Positions 1 through 13,519 of a stretch of 64,000 bases of DNA are shown piece by piece. The first letter of the stretch is position 1; each line of letters starts with the position of its first letter. A model generated the notes under the pieces. The model was given only the letters and a program-made list of their open reading frames with translations. It had not been told where the DNA came from and searched no databases. The translations under genes and the position numbers were made by a program. The stretch lies in the NCBI GenBank assembly GCA_964016885.1, contig OZ024740.1, positions 233,926,001-233,990,000 of the forward strand, given 5' to 3'. This stretch comes from Eledone cirrhosa. Its lineage: Eukaryota.

Positions 1-326
1 GGATTCTAGGTTAGAGATAATGGTAAATTTTTCATTTAGGCAGAGATTACAGATTTTAGATAGAGAGCTGTTCAAGTATGAGGATGCAGAAGAAATCTTT
101 TTCCAAAAGATGCTATATTTAATGTTTTTGTCTTTTAAGGACCATATGAGTTCTGAGAGACACTGCTCTCTCAGAACTCATATGGTCCTTAAAAGAGTGA
201 GTGTGTTCTGTTATTAATTCTGGCAATATTGCACAAAAATGACCCTCCCCAAGTATATACACACACATATATGTATACATATAAATATATACATATATGT
301 ATATATATTTGATATTTCTATTTCAG

Positions 327-413
327 CTGTTACGTATACATTACATATTATTGGTTTTATGGTAGCTTTCCTTCTGGGAGGATATTTCAGTCAATTTTAT
401 GTTACACTTGAAG
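327..413 (+). CDS. SLCO: SLCO/OATP transporter, internal exon (TM5 region); upstream exons lie outside the window
   Basis: tttcag|...gaag|gtaagt boundaries; 87 nt, phase 1-1; encodes AVTYTLHIIGFMVAFLLGGYFSQFYVTLE, matching the OATP 'F-L-L-G-G...Y-V' segment. Confidence 0.85.
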
Positions 414-766
414 GTAAGTTTGATAATAATATCTCACACATAAGTGAATACTAAATTTCGAATTCTCTTACATCACGTTACTCTTAACAGAATACAATGG
501 GATTCATTCGCCTCTCTCAGCTTTAACTATATAAATGTCGTGTGAGGTAAAACGGAGTTTTCATTTCTATCATTGCGGATGAAGACGATAATTCAGGTGA
601 GGGTCAAAACCAACTCCATCACCACTAACTTAAAATACAAAATTATGTATTTACAATTTACAATAAATAATGTACCTTATGAAGATTAAGTTTTTGAAAA
701 TCCGTATGAGATTTATATGGGATTGGTTATATTATATATTCATGTATATAAAAATCATTGATGATG

Positions 767-882
<116 letters not shown>

Positions 883-1084
883 GTAAATTTTATATTTATA
901 TTTATATATATTTGATATAACTATAAATATGTAGGGTAGTACTAAGTACTAGCCTAAATGTTCTAAATGACTAGTTATACGTTTTCGACATTCCTTATGA
1001 TCCGATGAATCCAGACTTCCCTCTGGAAGAAACAATTGTCAGCTAATAAATGTTCTAAACTAAAATGTTATCGTTTTAACACTT

Positions 1085-1195
<111 letters not shown>

Positions 1196-1738
1196 TAGAG
1201 TATACACTCAAAGAGTCATTCACAATTAATTAGCTCAAAGAAAGAAGCATTTCTGAGCCGTGCAATACAAGTTAATATAAATTAATATATGATAAACACC
1301 TAAGTGTTTGTATTGTAAAAGACAAAAGTTAGCTAGAATGAAACAAACTAATTCAAATAAATATAGCCTGCCTGTATCGATTTAAAAAATAATAAATCAA
1401 TATGCACAAACTCATATTGGCAAATAGCCGTGGTACCTAGACAAATTTAAATTTCAAAATTCAAACCTATTCCACAGATCAATCTGAACCTCAAAATCCA
1501 AACATGTTTCGCAAACGATGGTATTAAAGTGAAATTATCGATTTTCTGTGCTTATCAATAGGTACCCAGAAAAATTAAGTTACTTCACCTCGAAAAGATG
1601 TTGAAGGTCTGGTTTACGAGCACGAACGCACGAGGTTTTGCACTCGGTTCTTCCAGCTCACTAGCTATCTCATACTCATGGCGCTAAAAATAACAGCCGT
1701 TTATATGTGATTAAAGATTAGCTCAACCGATATGAGTT

Positions 1739-1826
<88 letters not shown>

Positions 1827-2522
1827 TGGTGGTCATCAATCTGAAGGAAAACAAGAAGACGATACTTTGGTTCGTGAAGACGTTCCCTGGCAATGAACGG
1901 AAAAAAGCGAAGATAAAACGTCGTTATATGGACCGATGAGAACAAATACACGCAAAGACAAGACCACGTTGAAGTCGTAGACTAATATTCTATATAGGAA
2001 ACCGAATGATTCTCAGCTTCAGAGTTAAGGATAATGTAAATAAATTAGTAGAACAACAATGACAGAGGTTATCAAAATCAAATAATTAAATATACACATA
2101 CACGCATCTATATACGTACATACACAGGCATACGCAAAACACACGCCATGCATGCATGCATATACATGCACGTACACATAAACACGCGCACACATACATA
2201 AATCCGCGCTACACCTGTACCCGCACACATACGAACGTATACACCAAATACACGTTAAAAACATTTATATATATGTATGTGTGTGTCAGATAATATATTA
2301 TGGTTTACGTTTGCTCAGTTATTTTATTATCTACGGTTAATTTAGCTGTTTTTCTCCAATATTGATTTTCGATCAAATTTTCCAATAAATGCCTTCTAAT
2401 TCATACATAGTGTGATTTGTCAGATCATCTCTTGTAACTAAAATATCTAAAGATGATGTAATAATGACCGTACATTTTCTCTAAAATAATACCCACCGGT
2501 ATTGCATACAAGACATACATCA

Positions 2523-2780
2523 GGCGCAGGCATGATCACGTGTTTAACGTGTTTGCAATTAGGTAGCTCAGAGTTCATTCACATTGCGTGGCATCTTGGA
2601 CAAGTATCTTCTGCTATAGCTTCGATTGCTAATACTATCTACCAATCGCAAATCCCAGCAGAAGGAGCAACGTGAAATAAAGTGTCTTGTTCAAGGACAT
2701 AATGCATCACCCGGTCTAGGAATCGAGCTCACAACCTCACGATTGCGAATCCAATTCTCTAACCACTCAGCCACATGCCT
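2523..2780. mobile_element. Two opposed old tRNA/CORE-like SINE fragments
   Basis: ccttg(g/a)(g/a)caag core-like motif on both strands; B-box-like GCTCGATTCC on the minus strand. Confidence 0.5.
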
Positions 2781-2889
2781 TCGAAATGAATATACCACAC
2801 ATAAACTAAATCCAATATCGACATTAAATCACTTTATATATGATTCATGATATTCCTCTAGAATCTTTTATTGTTTTTATTTTTTTCAG

Positions 2890-3057
2890 AAACACATCTT
2901 ACTCCGATGAATCCTCTTTGGATTGGAGCTTGGTGGCTTGGATTTGCCGTATACGCCTGTTTTTCACTGCTAATGGCACTTCCTCTGTTTGCTTTCCCAC
3001 GCTCATTTAAACATAAAATTGTAGAGGAAGAAGAAATACCACGATTATCTATCAAAG
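2890..3057 (+). CDS. SLCO: SLCO/OATP exon carrying the OATP superfamily signature
   Basis: ttttcag|...aaag|gtaag; 168 nt; encodes NPLWIGAWWLGF...LFAFPRS (signature D-x-R-W-[IV]-G-A-W-W-x-G-[FL]-L). Confidence 0.95.
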
Positions 3058-3286
3058 GTAAGAAATACAGGAGAAAACTTTACATTTCTTTCTTCTGATT
3101 TGAATCTTTCAAATAAAGGACATTCTCCACAGAGTATTAACGATTGGATTTCTAAATAAGCATAAATAAATACTGGCGCAGTATAAGATGATTTTATGAA
3201 ATATTAAATTGTATGATTTCATTAATAGTAATAACATAAACATAATTGAGCGGTATGTAATAAAAACAATTAAATTGAACAAAAAG

Positions 3287-3467
3287 GGCGGTGGATTGGC
3301 AGTATCGGTAGAGGGTCGGACGCCATGCTATGCAGCACAGGGTTATGTCCCTTTACGGACTGAGTTCAAATCCCGCCGAGGTTAACATTGCCTTTCATCC
3401 TTACGGGGACGATAAAATAAATTACCAGTAATGTACTGGCCTTGTACCAAAATTAGAAACAATTATT
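3287..3467 (+). mobile_element. tRNA-derived SINE (main family), near full length
   Basis: A-box-like TGGCAGTATCGG, B-box GAGTTCAAATCCC, central GCCTTTCATCC..GATAAAAT block, AGAAACAATTATT tail. Confidence 0.85.
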
Positions 3468-4061
3468 AAAGGGAGAACAAAAATTAGACAAAAAAGGAAA
3501 TGGAAAGAAAAAAAAAGAAAAATGGATTAAGCAACGAAAGAAAAAGAGAGAGCGAGGAACAGATACTACAACCTTTCGGGGCGGTGCCTTGGTCGCGACC
3601 ATAGAACAAAATGGCAAATGCGGTACCACGAAGAATGGCCATGTACACCCATTACAACAGCCATCCCACCTCGTGGGCTCTTCCCTCAAGCGGGCCGCCA
3701 ATTTTACGGAAAAACAACAGCGCAGTGTGGGGATCAAGGACACCAGAGGTCTCGACGGAGACCGGTGCAAAGAGGAAGCAGTCGGTCAAGCTTCGGCATT
3801 TAACTATCTCCCTCTGCTCCACATTGCGGGAATCGGAGCCCAGATTTGTAGCCACAGTCACAAGGTTGAAGGCGGAGAACGAGACGCTGCACAAAAGCAA
3901 CCCCTAAAATAACTATGCACTAAGAGAAGATTATTAGTTGGTGATGAAAATATTTCTACCTTAGTATTTATGTTTAATAGAAAAAAAAGCTGCAAACTAT
4001 TTCCATTTATTACGATATTCTATCATATTACGAGATGTTAAATTCGTTATACCATTTAAAC

Positions 4062-4380
4062 CAGGAGTGTGCAACATATTCCATTGGCGGGCCTCTTTTG
4101 AACATTGGAACAACTATTAGGGCCAATCACTGTCAAAAATATGTAATCTAATGAAAACCACAACTTCGTTCCATAATATGGAACTGAGAAAATATAACAC
4201 ACATAACCCTATCAGTGAAGCCCTTTAGTAAAGGTCAACTAACAGAAAACTGTATTACGGTTATGAAAAATATTCTAAATAAGCCTACAAGGTAAAAATT
4301 TAAAACGGTCATCGCGGGCCATTCTGACTGGTCCGGTGGGCCGGATTGTGGCCCACAGGCCACCTGTTGCACGCCCCCAG
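4062..4380. mobile_element. hAT-type MITE
   Basis: TIRs caggagtgtgcaac / gttgcacgcccccag; degenerate 8-bp TSD atttaaac / tcttaaac. Confidence 0.7.
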
Positions 4381-4454
4381 TCTTAAACTATCAAAGGATA
4401 TTTTCTCAAAATATTTAATATTTTATTTTCTTCTTGTATTTTATTATTATTTAG

Positions 4455-4619
4455 ATATTGCTAAATCACTTCTACGAATGATTCGAAACCATTCTCTGAT
4501 GCTTCTTTCATTATTTGGGATTTTGTGTGTTTTTAATGTAACCGGAAAATTAACCTTTCTTCCCAAATATTACGAGATTCAATTCGGGTGGCCTGCGTGG
4601 AAAGCAAGTATTGTGATTG
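4455..4619 (+). CDS. SLCO: SLCO/OATP exon (TM7)
   Basis: ttag|...attg|gtaagt; 165 nt; DIAKSLLRMIRN...FLPKYYEIQFG matches the OATP 'FLPKYxExQF' motif. Confidence 0.93.
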
Positions 4620-5150
4620 GTAAGTACTGTTTAGACTTTATGAAAAAGAACGAGAATGCGAAAAAAAAAAGAGATGTTGCAGAAAGGACATCGAACTAAA
4701 GAGTTGATTACATTTGCTGAGTTTTTTTTAGTTAAAATCGCATCTATTTTACCTTTGTTTTCATCTGAACGGTGGCATCAGTGCCCTAGAAATATTTGCC
4801 TCGCACGCAGAATAAATCTGTATTTACTTTGTTCAAGTTTAATTAGTGGTAGCACTGATATAGTGTGGTTCATAATAACGGTGTATATGAAAACATATAC
4901 GATATGTTTATGTATAACGTAGCAAGTATCCCGCATTAAATATTTTAAGCTGATTTCATGTCAGCTATCTCATTAGCCATGTCAGAATGACAGACAAGTG
5001 TTTCTGGGGTTTATCCGTCATCAGTGACATTTATTCATTCGGTAATAAGACAAAACGAAGCTATAGCTTACATACTGTTTTATGTATGAGACATCGACTA
5101 GAGATTCCCATTTGGACTTATAAGACCGTATGAATTTATTTCCTGCACAG

Positions 5151-5343
5151 GTTCAACCTATATCGCAATGTTTATGTTTGGTATGATCATAAGTGGAGCA
5201 TTGACGAGCTACTTCAAAGTTGACATTCTGGGAAGCTACCGCATAAGTGTTTTGGTTCTCTTCTTCCACGTGTTTTTATCTTGGCTGTCGCTCACCATCT
5301 CCTGCACCAAAGATGACATAGCTAACACATATTTATCCAGCAA
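5151..5343 (+). CDS. SLCO: SLCO/OATP exon (TM8-TM9); not in the ORF track
   Basis: cacag|...caa|gtaagt; 193 nt, phase 1-2; open frame GSTYIAMFMFGMIISGALTSYFK...LTISCTKDDIA. Confidence 0.85.
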
Positions 5344-6023
5344 GTAAGTAATCTAATCTTTGTGTCTTTAGTTTTTGTTTTTTGATTCAAAATGAAAGAA
5401 AGTAAATTCAAAATGGTCGAAATCGTAGGATATTTGACTACTAGCTCATGGGAATAACTTCAAAAGCCTAGGTAGCTTTTATTGCTTTTGATTCTAAAGC
5501 ATCTAACAGAATATTGCATTTGTACTTTTATTTTGAGTAATAGATGCAATTTTGTTCGATGAAGTTGCTTACGTGATTTGTATTTCATTTGTTTATAGTT
5601 AACAATCTTAATGAAAAAGGTTGTAACAAATTGGTATTCTTATGCATAATTCCCTTTATATTATAAAAAGAGTCATCGATTTATAATTTCTCACATTCTT
5701 GGGAATAATTTTCGTCGTAAATATTAAAACGAGATTTAACACCTCGTTATATTGAATATTGGTAGAATATAATCAATTCTACTAATGTTAATGTCAGAGG
5801 AATTATCAGAGAAACAAGGTAGATATCTGAATATTCAATAAGGCAGTGAAATAGAAGACAAACTCATGTATTAAATAACGAAAATATAATCGCTAACCCA
5901 GTCGTTCTACAAAGAGATATAGATAGGATTAGTGTTTCGTCACTTGGCCTGCAGTTCTTTCCTGTCAAAAAACGGTTGATTAAGTATATATCAATTATAT
6001 CAAAATCGTAAACACTAATGCAT

Positions 6024-6083
<60 letters not shown>

Positions 6084-6088
<5 letters not shown>

Positions 6089-6767
6089 CTTGATCACCTT
6101 GACCGACCAGTCTGTCGGGCGTCCATTCAGCGCTGCTGGTCACAGTACGCCGTCCATTCATCTCTGGATCGTGCTTTCCTCATCCATGTATTCCCAATCG
6201 TATTCTTAAAATCGTAACTCCACCCTCGTGGAGGCCTTCCAAGTGGTCGTTTCCCCTTATCGGTGAACCGGGCGACGTCCACCGATTATCGGTGAACCGG
6301 GCGACGTGTCCAGCACATCTGAACTTGCTGCGCATATATTCCGTGATGACGTCCCTCAAGCCGGATTTCTGTCTGATGACTTCGCTCCTGATGTGCTCTC
6401 TCAACGAGATTCCTAGCATTGATCTCTCCATGACTCTTTGATGAAAACGAAGTTCATGCCGTCCGACAACGTACCAACCGGTCGAATGGTGGTTAGCGGT
6501 GATGAAATAGAGGAGGTAGAGGAATACGTCTACCTGGGACAAGAAGTGAACATGCGCTGAGACATTGAGAGGGAGATCTCGCGGAGAGTAAGGGCCGGAT
6601 GGAATGCGTTCAATGGCATAAAGGATATGCTCAAGGGGAGGTTGGACAAGACCACCCGCGCCAACCTCTTCAATAGCACAGTTTTACCTACAATGTTATA
6701 TGGCAGTGAAATTGGGCTACAACGAAGAGAGAAGAGCAGAGGCTGAAAACGGCTCAAAGAGACATGG

Positions 6768-6768
<1 letters not shown>
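6084..6768 (-). mobile_element. 5'-truncated RTE-clade LINE with 5' inversion, inserted in (TA)n
   Basis: Minus strand: QRVMERSMLGISLREHIR..AGHVARFTDNRW plus caaggtgat tail repeats. Plus strand 6441-6768: KTKFM..EEYVYLGQ..VLPTMLYGSE. Confidence 0.88.
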
Positions 6769-6786
<18 letters not shown>

Positions 6787-6800
<14 letters not shown>

Positions 6801-7687
6801 AAATTAAGTATGTGTGTGTATGTCTGTGTGTCTGTGTATTACCTATAGGGGGGCTACATCTTCCGACCAATTTTCATGAATCTTTACAGGCTCATAGATT
6901 AGCCATCGGTGAGTGTTTTCTATATATCAGCGTATCGTTTTTTCTATTCCGAGGTCATTCTGCAGATAAAAATCGATAGGGGGGCACCTTTTTTTAGGTA
7001 TCGAAAAATAAGATTTTTGGCTCTAGCTCCCAAATTTTGCCACCGATTTCGTTCAAATTTTAAAGCAAAATAGAATTTATCATTGCACATCCTGTAATGG
7101 CTTTATATTTTGCTTTTGTTGTTCAGGGACGGCGTAGCAATCGCTTAAATATTCAAAAATACCACTTTTAGACTCAAATTTACTTTGTTCAAATTTTACA
7201 CTACGCTAGATCTGATTATTTCACGTCTTAAAGTAGCTTTACATTTTGGACTTTTTGTTGAGGAACGGCGTGGCAGCCGCTTAAATATTCGAAAATACCA
7301 ACTTTTCGCTCAAATTTCCGCCTTTTCGGCTCTAGCTCCCACATTTTTCAACCGATTTCGTTCAAATTCGAAACTTCGGCTCCACCTCACACATAAATCA
7401 ATTTATTTGGTTCAACTTTTATACTACTATAGATCCTATCATTGCACATCTTATAGTAGCTTTACACTTTGTATTTTTTGTTCAGGGACGGCGTGGCAGC
7501 TGTTTAACTCTTTAAAATACGATGTTTCCACCTCCCACACATATTCCATACGATTTCACTCAACATTTAGCCATTTGCTACTCCTTACGATCAATTTTCA
7601 AGAAATTCGCAGTCGTTAAGATCAACACCTTTTCATCAAAGCAGATTTTATTTTACCTACCCAGGCAACGGTGGGTACTGCTGCTAG
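6787..7687 (+). mobile_element. Non-autonomous Helitron-like element
   Basis: 3' hairpin taccca..tgggta followed by CTAG|T; (TG)-rich 5' subterminus; internal imperfect repeats. Confidence 0.6.
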
Positions 7688-7718
<31 letters not shown>

Positions 7719-8687
7719 TTTTATTAAAATAATAGATTATATATGGTATTAGGTATTAGTATTGCTGCTCTGAAATAGCGATGTATACATGAATGTATGC
7801 ATAGTATATTTGGCAATATACCGTATGATTGAGCGATAGCCGGTCCTGCAAAAATTATTTGATAATTTATATACACCATCTCCTCTCCCAATCAGCATAA
7901 TCAATCATACAAAAAAAACAATTAAACCAGGCTATAATATTAAAAGGCACCTATGAAGAAATAATAGATAAATAAACGACAGCCATCTATTCGCGATCAA
8001 CAGCTATAGAATATTTACTCACCATTTCAATAACACGTGGAAATCGATTAAATATATCGTCAACCATACACAATTAGGTATAAAATCAAAGTTAGAAGAA
8101 AAAATGTATATACACATACCAAGATTACGTTTCTACCCCATGTAGAATTCTTCTTAAATGATCCCCACCAGAAATGAATTCAAAATGGCTAAGAACTGTG
8201 ACGTGGCAGTGGTCAAGTGAGAAAGAATGTGATTGGTGCCTAACGGCGAGTGGGCTGGTTGCTAGAAAGCGCAGCCTAATATTGCCTAAATTGCATCTCA
8301 ACCATATGGGAGATTATCAAATATAAAGATTTACATATACACAAACTAGACAAAGTCATAGATATATATATATATGTTTTTGGCAACCATTCACGATGTG
8401 CCTCAATGACGAATTAATTAATTAAATAATCAACAATCAGAGTAATATACAATAAAGTATGTCCATAGAATCATTTGATAAAATATATACACCATCTCCT
8501 CGCCCAATCTGATGATTTCGAAGCTCGTGAATTTATCCTTGATCGGATATTTCCAAAAGCGAATGAAACTCCATGGGGTAGAAACGTAATCTTGGTATGT
8601 TTATATACATTTTTTCTTCTAACTTTGATTTTATACCTAATTGTGTATGGTTGACGATATATTGACGATTGTGCACTAATCCCAAAG

Positions 8688-10540
8688 ATATATTGACGAT
8701 TGTGCACTAATCCCAAAGGAGGCAACATTTTTTGAGAACCAGAGCTTCGTGTGAGCTCTTGCTGATATTGCATATTGGTATCTCAGTTTTTACTAAATCC
8801 AAGGGGAGTTTAAAGGTTAAATGTGCTGTCCTGCAGCAAAGTAGCAGCGATCCCGGACGATGCAACGCCCAACGCAATTTCTTTCTCCTGGCGAATCTTA
8901 GCGGGAATCAATTTTGTTACAAAAGTTTTTCCGGTACCCCCAGGAGCATCGAGAAAGTAAACACCCCCAGTCTGATTTTGAACCGCGTCAATGATAGTTA
9001 AATAGGCCAACCTTTGGTCCGACAGACGTTTGGGCTCATTTTCCTCTAAGTATTGGGAAAGAGATTCGATGTCATATGCTGTTTCCCGCAACAAATCCGG
9101 TGCCAACGTGTTAGCTTCATCTGTGACGGTTGACGGCAAGCCATACGTCACCAATTCATTCCCACCCATGTCGAGGAGGGCGTCCTCGATATCAATGAGT
9201 GCCCTGTTGTAGATAATGCCGCTGTAAGCAACTTCCACTGAAGGATACTGCAGATGAGCCAGGCGGAGGAAATCCTCAGACATGAAGTCTCTGTACTTGA
9301 CCCATAAAGATTTGGGATCACCCAATTCACACTTTTGAAGGAAAATGGCAAAGAGTTCCCGTAGACCTTTAGGTAATTTCAACAAAACACCCTCTGATAA
9401 AGTGGAATCCCATTGCAAATCATCTTCCAAAAGACCACGCTTAAAGCAGGCTTCCCGGTACGTATCACATATTTCTCCATCAACAGTTTTGAGGTCCTGA
9501 AAATTTTGTGGGTCTACAACTTCATGCAGAAGAAGGCGGAGATGAAAGCACTCATGCTGACTTCGGGGCACAGTGTAAACCCTTCCAAGACAGCTGTCAA
9601 ATTTTACACCAGGATGTCTTTCAACAGCCTGACCTGACTTTCTTCGCACCCAAGTGTTTTTCGACCATATAAACTCGGATGGAACCTGGGGGTACACAAT
9701 TGTTTGCGCAAATATATCGAACTGGCAAAGTTTGAAGAAACCTGTCAGAGTGGTCTCTTTCGGCTCGGCGGCCAGCTTGGCGGCGGTTTGGTCCGTATAG
9801 TAAACCCTTTGCTCATTTTCCAAATGTACCGCAAGCTGTACGATGGTGGGGTGCCGTTGGTGTAGGGGGAAACCAAATAGGCGCCAAAAAGCTTAATTGC
9901 TACTGATGTACCGCCCAGCCAGGTATTCCGTGACCTCATCAGAGCCCTTATTTACATATTTGCATATGTATTTTATAGACTTGACGGAGTTGCAAAACTC
10001 AACGTTGATGTGGGCGTTTAACATCTTCAAGAGAAGCGAGCAGTAAGGGACCACCCATCTATTGTCGACTTGACCTCCCTTTACTGTTGTGGTGAAGCCA
10101 CCGTTCTCGTGCCGTCTCCGCCTGTACAGAGGGTACCCATCGCCACCAGTCTGAGTCTGGTCAACAAATTTTTGGGGGTATCACTTACTGCACGACCCCA
10201 CTTTCAGACACGTGTGATGCTCATTAGGACCCTATGCACACGGACCATGTTAGCTTTGACGATGTCATGTAATTCCTGATCAGTTGCTGGGTTAGGAATT
10301 TCAGCCGAAATGAAGCTGTCTATGGCATTTGAATTGATTTTATCAGCTAACCAAATCAAAATGTGAGCATGTGGCAGCCCACGTGTTTGCCATTAGACGG
10401 TGAACATGTCACATTTTACAGCCCCAAATACCTGACCTTTTTGATTAAAGCCATGAGTTTAGCCAGTTTCATTCTGAACACTCTGGCAATGAGGTCATGT
10501 CTGTTCGAATAATTTTGCCCAGGAAAAAGTTCACGGGTTA
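8688..10540 (-). mobile_element. Helitron Rep-helicase pseudogene fragment
   Basis: HUH motif FTV*WQTRGLPHAHILIW near 10360-10410; KSIKYICKYVNKG; PIF1 Walker A DAPGGTGKTF and VASSGIAATLL. Confidence 0.92.
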
Positions 10541-10599
10541 CATTCCGATTCATATGTCTATAGCATTAATCTGTTAAATGAAGTGTTATTTTGCATGCA

Positions 10600-11700
10600 T
10601 ACATATCTACCTAGTTGATGTTGTGTAAATTCCAATGAGAGAGTCTTGTGTCTATGTTAGAAATCGACTCTCTCTCGATTGGGAAAACTTTGTGAAATTA
10701 TAAAACCAGAAGAACATACATACGTACATACATATATACATACATAATATGAAAGAGGAAGACATACACATACATAATATGAAAGAGTACTGGTGGAATA
10801 TTCCAGTTAAAACCCCAATAAAATGCAAGCATAATAGATCAGATATAATGATATTTGATAGGGAAAAGAAAGCATGCAATGTAGTGGTAGTTAGCTGCCC
10901 AACAGATGCCAATATAATTTTTAAGATTAGCAAAAAGAAGAATAACTATGCAGAACTAATGAGAAATCTACAGATACTCCACCCTGATTACACCTTCAGA
11001 TTTATGCCTGTGATTATTGGGACACTGTGACATGTTAGTAACTGTCTCAATACAAATCTTGAGAAGCTAGGCTTAATAGGAACAGAAAGAACACAACTAG
11101 TTAAGAAATTACAAGTATAATCCATTAATGGAACAGTAAAAATATGTAAAACATTCCAAAAATGTTGCATCTAATAACTGCATATACACACGTACAGATA
11201 CAAAGCGAATGCACATACACACATAAAACTCAAAACATGCATACATCTCTACCTAGTTGATGTTGTGTAAATTCCAATGAGAGAGACTTGTATCTATATT
11301 AGAAACTGGCTCTCTCTCTATTGGTAAACATTAATAAAACTATAAAACCAGAAGAACATACATACATAAATGTTGCATCTAATAACTGCATATACACATG
11401 TACAGATACAAAGCATATACACATGCACACATACAACTCAAAACATACACATCCATATCTACACATGCATGCATGCAGTCATACCTACATATCTACCTAG
11501 TTGATGTTGTGTAAATTCCAATGAGAAAGTCTTGTGTCTGTGTTAGAAACCGACTCTCTCTCTAGTGGTAAAAATTTGTGAAATTATAAAACCAGAAGAA
11601 CATACATACACACATACATACATATGAAATTATAAAACCAGAAGAACATACACACATACATACATATGAAATTATAAAACCAGAAGAACATACATACACA
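10600..11700 (+). mobile_element. R4/Dong-like non-LTR 3' fragments: restriction-like endonuclease plus repeated 3'UTRs with (CATA)n tails
   Basis: HNRSDIMIFD..VVSCPTDAN..KKNNYAEL..MPVIIGTL is the R4-type PD-(D/E)xK domain; 3'UTR repeated three times in full and twice in part. Confidence 0.8.
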
Positions 11701-11789
11701 TTTCTGTATGTGTGAGCATGTGCCAATTACATGTAATCTCCTTATGATAGTGTCAATTCCCGTATATTTTTGTTTGTTTGTTTTTGTAG

Positions 11790-11943
11790 CAGTCAACTAG
11801 ATGTCAATGGAATTGGTTATAACCCGGAGTCATACTGTTTGGATTGTGAATGTTCTGATTACAGTTTAACCTGTGGTGGTGATGGTCGAACCTACAGATC
11901 CCCGTGTCATGCTGGTTGTCAACTATTTGATATGAGCACTTTT
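11790..11943 (+). CDS. SLCO: SLCO/OATP exon, extracellular Kazal-like domain (NAGNAG acceptor, start 11790 or 11793)
   Basis: tag-cag acceptor, ttt|gtaagt donor; CLDCECSDYSLTCGGDGRTYRSPCHAGC is the OATP Kazal-type motif. Confidence 0.93.
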
Positions 11944-12109
11944 GTAAGTTTTCAAACATTTCTGTTACTTATACTATCCTATAAAGCAGAGGTTCTCAAA
12001 TATTTGGTCCCTGTCCCCTCACGGCCACGTAATACCCTTACTGCTTCCCTATTTCCAGAGAGACCAAATTGTAAATAATATATAAATAAAATCGTTAATT
12101 TATATATAA

Positions 12110-12299
12110 CTAGACCACCCGTGACCCGTTGGGTCACGTTCACATCAAAATATTTTATATAATGTGAAATTAAACTGGAAGGCAAAATACATATACGTGC
12201 GTGTATGTATATGTATATATATAAATCTGTGTGTGTATACATATACGTGCGTGTATGTATATATATATATAAATCTGTGTGTGTATACATATATATATG

Positions 12300-12356
<57 letters not shown>

Positions 12357-12493
12357 CTGTGTGTGTATACATATATGTGTGTGTATATATTTATATGGGG
12401 GTGTATGTGATCTATATACTATACACTGGTCATAGGCACACACACATATGTATATACACACGCACTCACATATATATACACAACAACACCAGC

Positions 12494-12531
<38 letters not shown>

Positions 12532-12829
12532 ATTCTCCTTCTCTGTCTCCTTTCCCTCTCTCTATGTCTCTCTCTTTCAATATACTCTCTCACAACCACT
12601 ATCTTTCTCACTCTCTTTCTATCTCTCTCTCTCTCTCTGATTATGAAGGTACCCGGAAAACCCCATATCTCGGGAACACGTGCTCGGATTTACGCGAAAC
12701 TTATTTTATTTCATTTGTATTCCCATTTCAGGGTCAACTTCCTTTCAAAGTATTTGCCCATTATGCGCCCTTTTGGTTGCATTACATTACAGACAAGCAA
12801 GCAATTATTGAGTTTTAGTAGTATATAGA
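12110..12829 (-). mobile_element. Non-autonomous Helitron
   Basis: On the minus strand A|TC...hairpin cgtgaccc-aac-gggtcacg...CTAG|T, canonical termini at an AT target. Confidence 0.85.
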
Positions 12830-12831
12830 TA

Positions 12832-12956
12832 AATAATTGTTTCTACTTTTGGCACAAGGCCAGCAATTACCCAGTGGATTACTGGTACTTCATTTTATCG
12901 ACCCCATAAGGATGAAAGGCAAAGTTAACCTCGGCGGGATTTGAACTCAGAATGGC
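12832..12956 (-). mobile_element. 5'-truncated SINE with TSD agtatatagataaataat
   Basis: Same family; 18-bp direct repeat on both sides. Confidence 0.8.
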
Positions 12957-13094
12957 AGTATATAGATAAATAATATAATAAAATTAGAATTTATTTCTCG
13001 CCCTAGCACAGCTGGTACATAAATGTAAGTATGCACACGTACACACATATATATGTGTGTAAAGTATATATGTGTGTACATGTGCATACTTACA

Positions 13095-13236
13095 AATAAT
13101 TGTTTCTACTTTTGGCACAAGGCCAGCAATAATCCAGTACATTACTGGTACTTTATTTTATCGACCCCGTAAGGCAAAGTTAACTCTATGCGTCAAAGCA
13201 TGGCGTCCGACCCTCTACCGATACTACCAATCCACC
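13095..13236 (-). mobile_element. SINE, internally deleted
   Basis: Head and tail match the family. Confidence 0.75.
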
Positions 13237-13519
13237 TATAATATATACTATGTATAAATATGTATTATATATATTTTATTTTACTGTATATATATATAAT
13301 ATGTATCACTAGATATTTAATATACTATTAGATCTCTACTGGCCCGTTAGGCCACAGAAATTTGTAGAAAAGAAAACAAATTTCTACAAATTTCATACTT
13401 GACGACCCAATATTTTGTTATTATCTACTTATATAGATTTTTGTTTGTTTTAGTAGCTCCATTTATAGATACATATAAGTGAAAAGGTTTACATATTAAT
13501 CAGCCTTTCTTATTTTCAG

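Noticed and set aside
3287-3380. tRNA gene
   Set aside because: A/B boxes belong to a multi-copy SINE head; no full cloverleaf
3453-3912. GC-richer patch with several overlapping ORFs
   Set aside because: No recognisable motif and does not fit the SLCO exon chain; probably an unidentified TE fragment
11979-12828. Long ORFs with YI/HT/SL/ER runs (also 670-915, 27389-27754, 31239-31574)
   Set aside because: Translations of dinucleotide microsatellites
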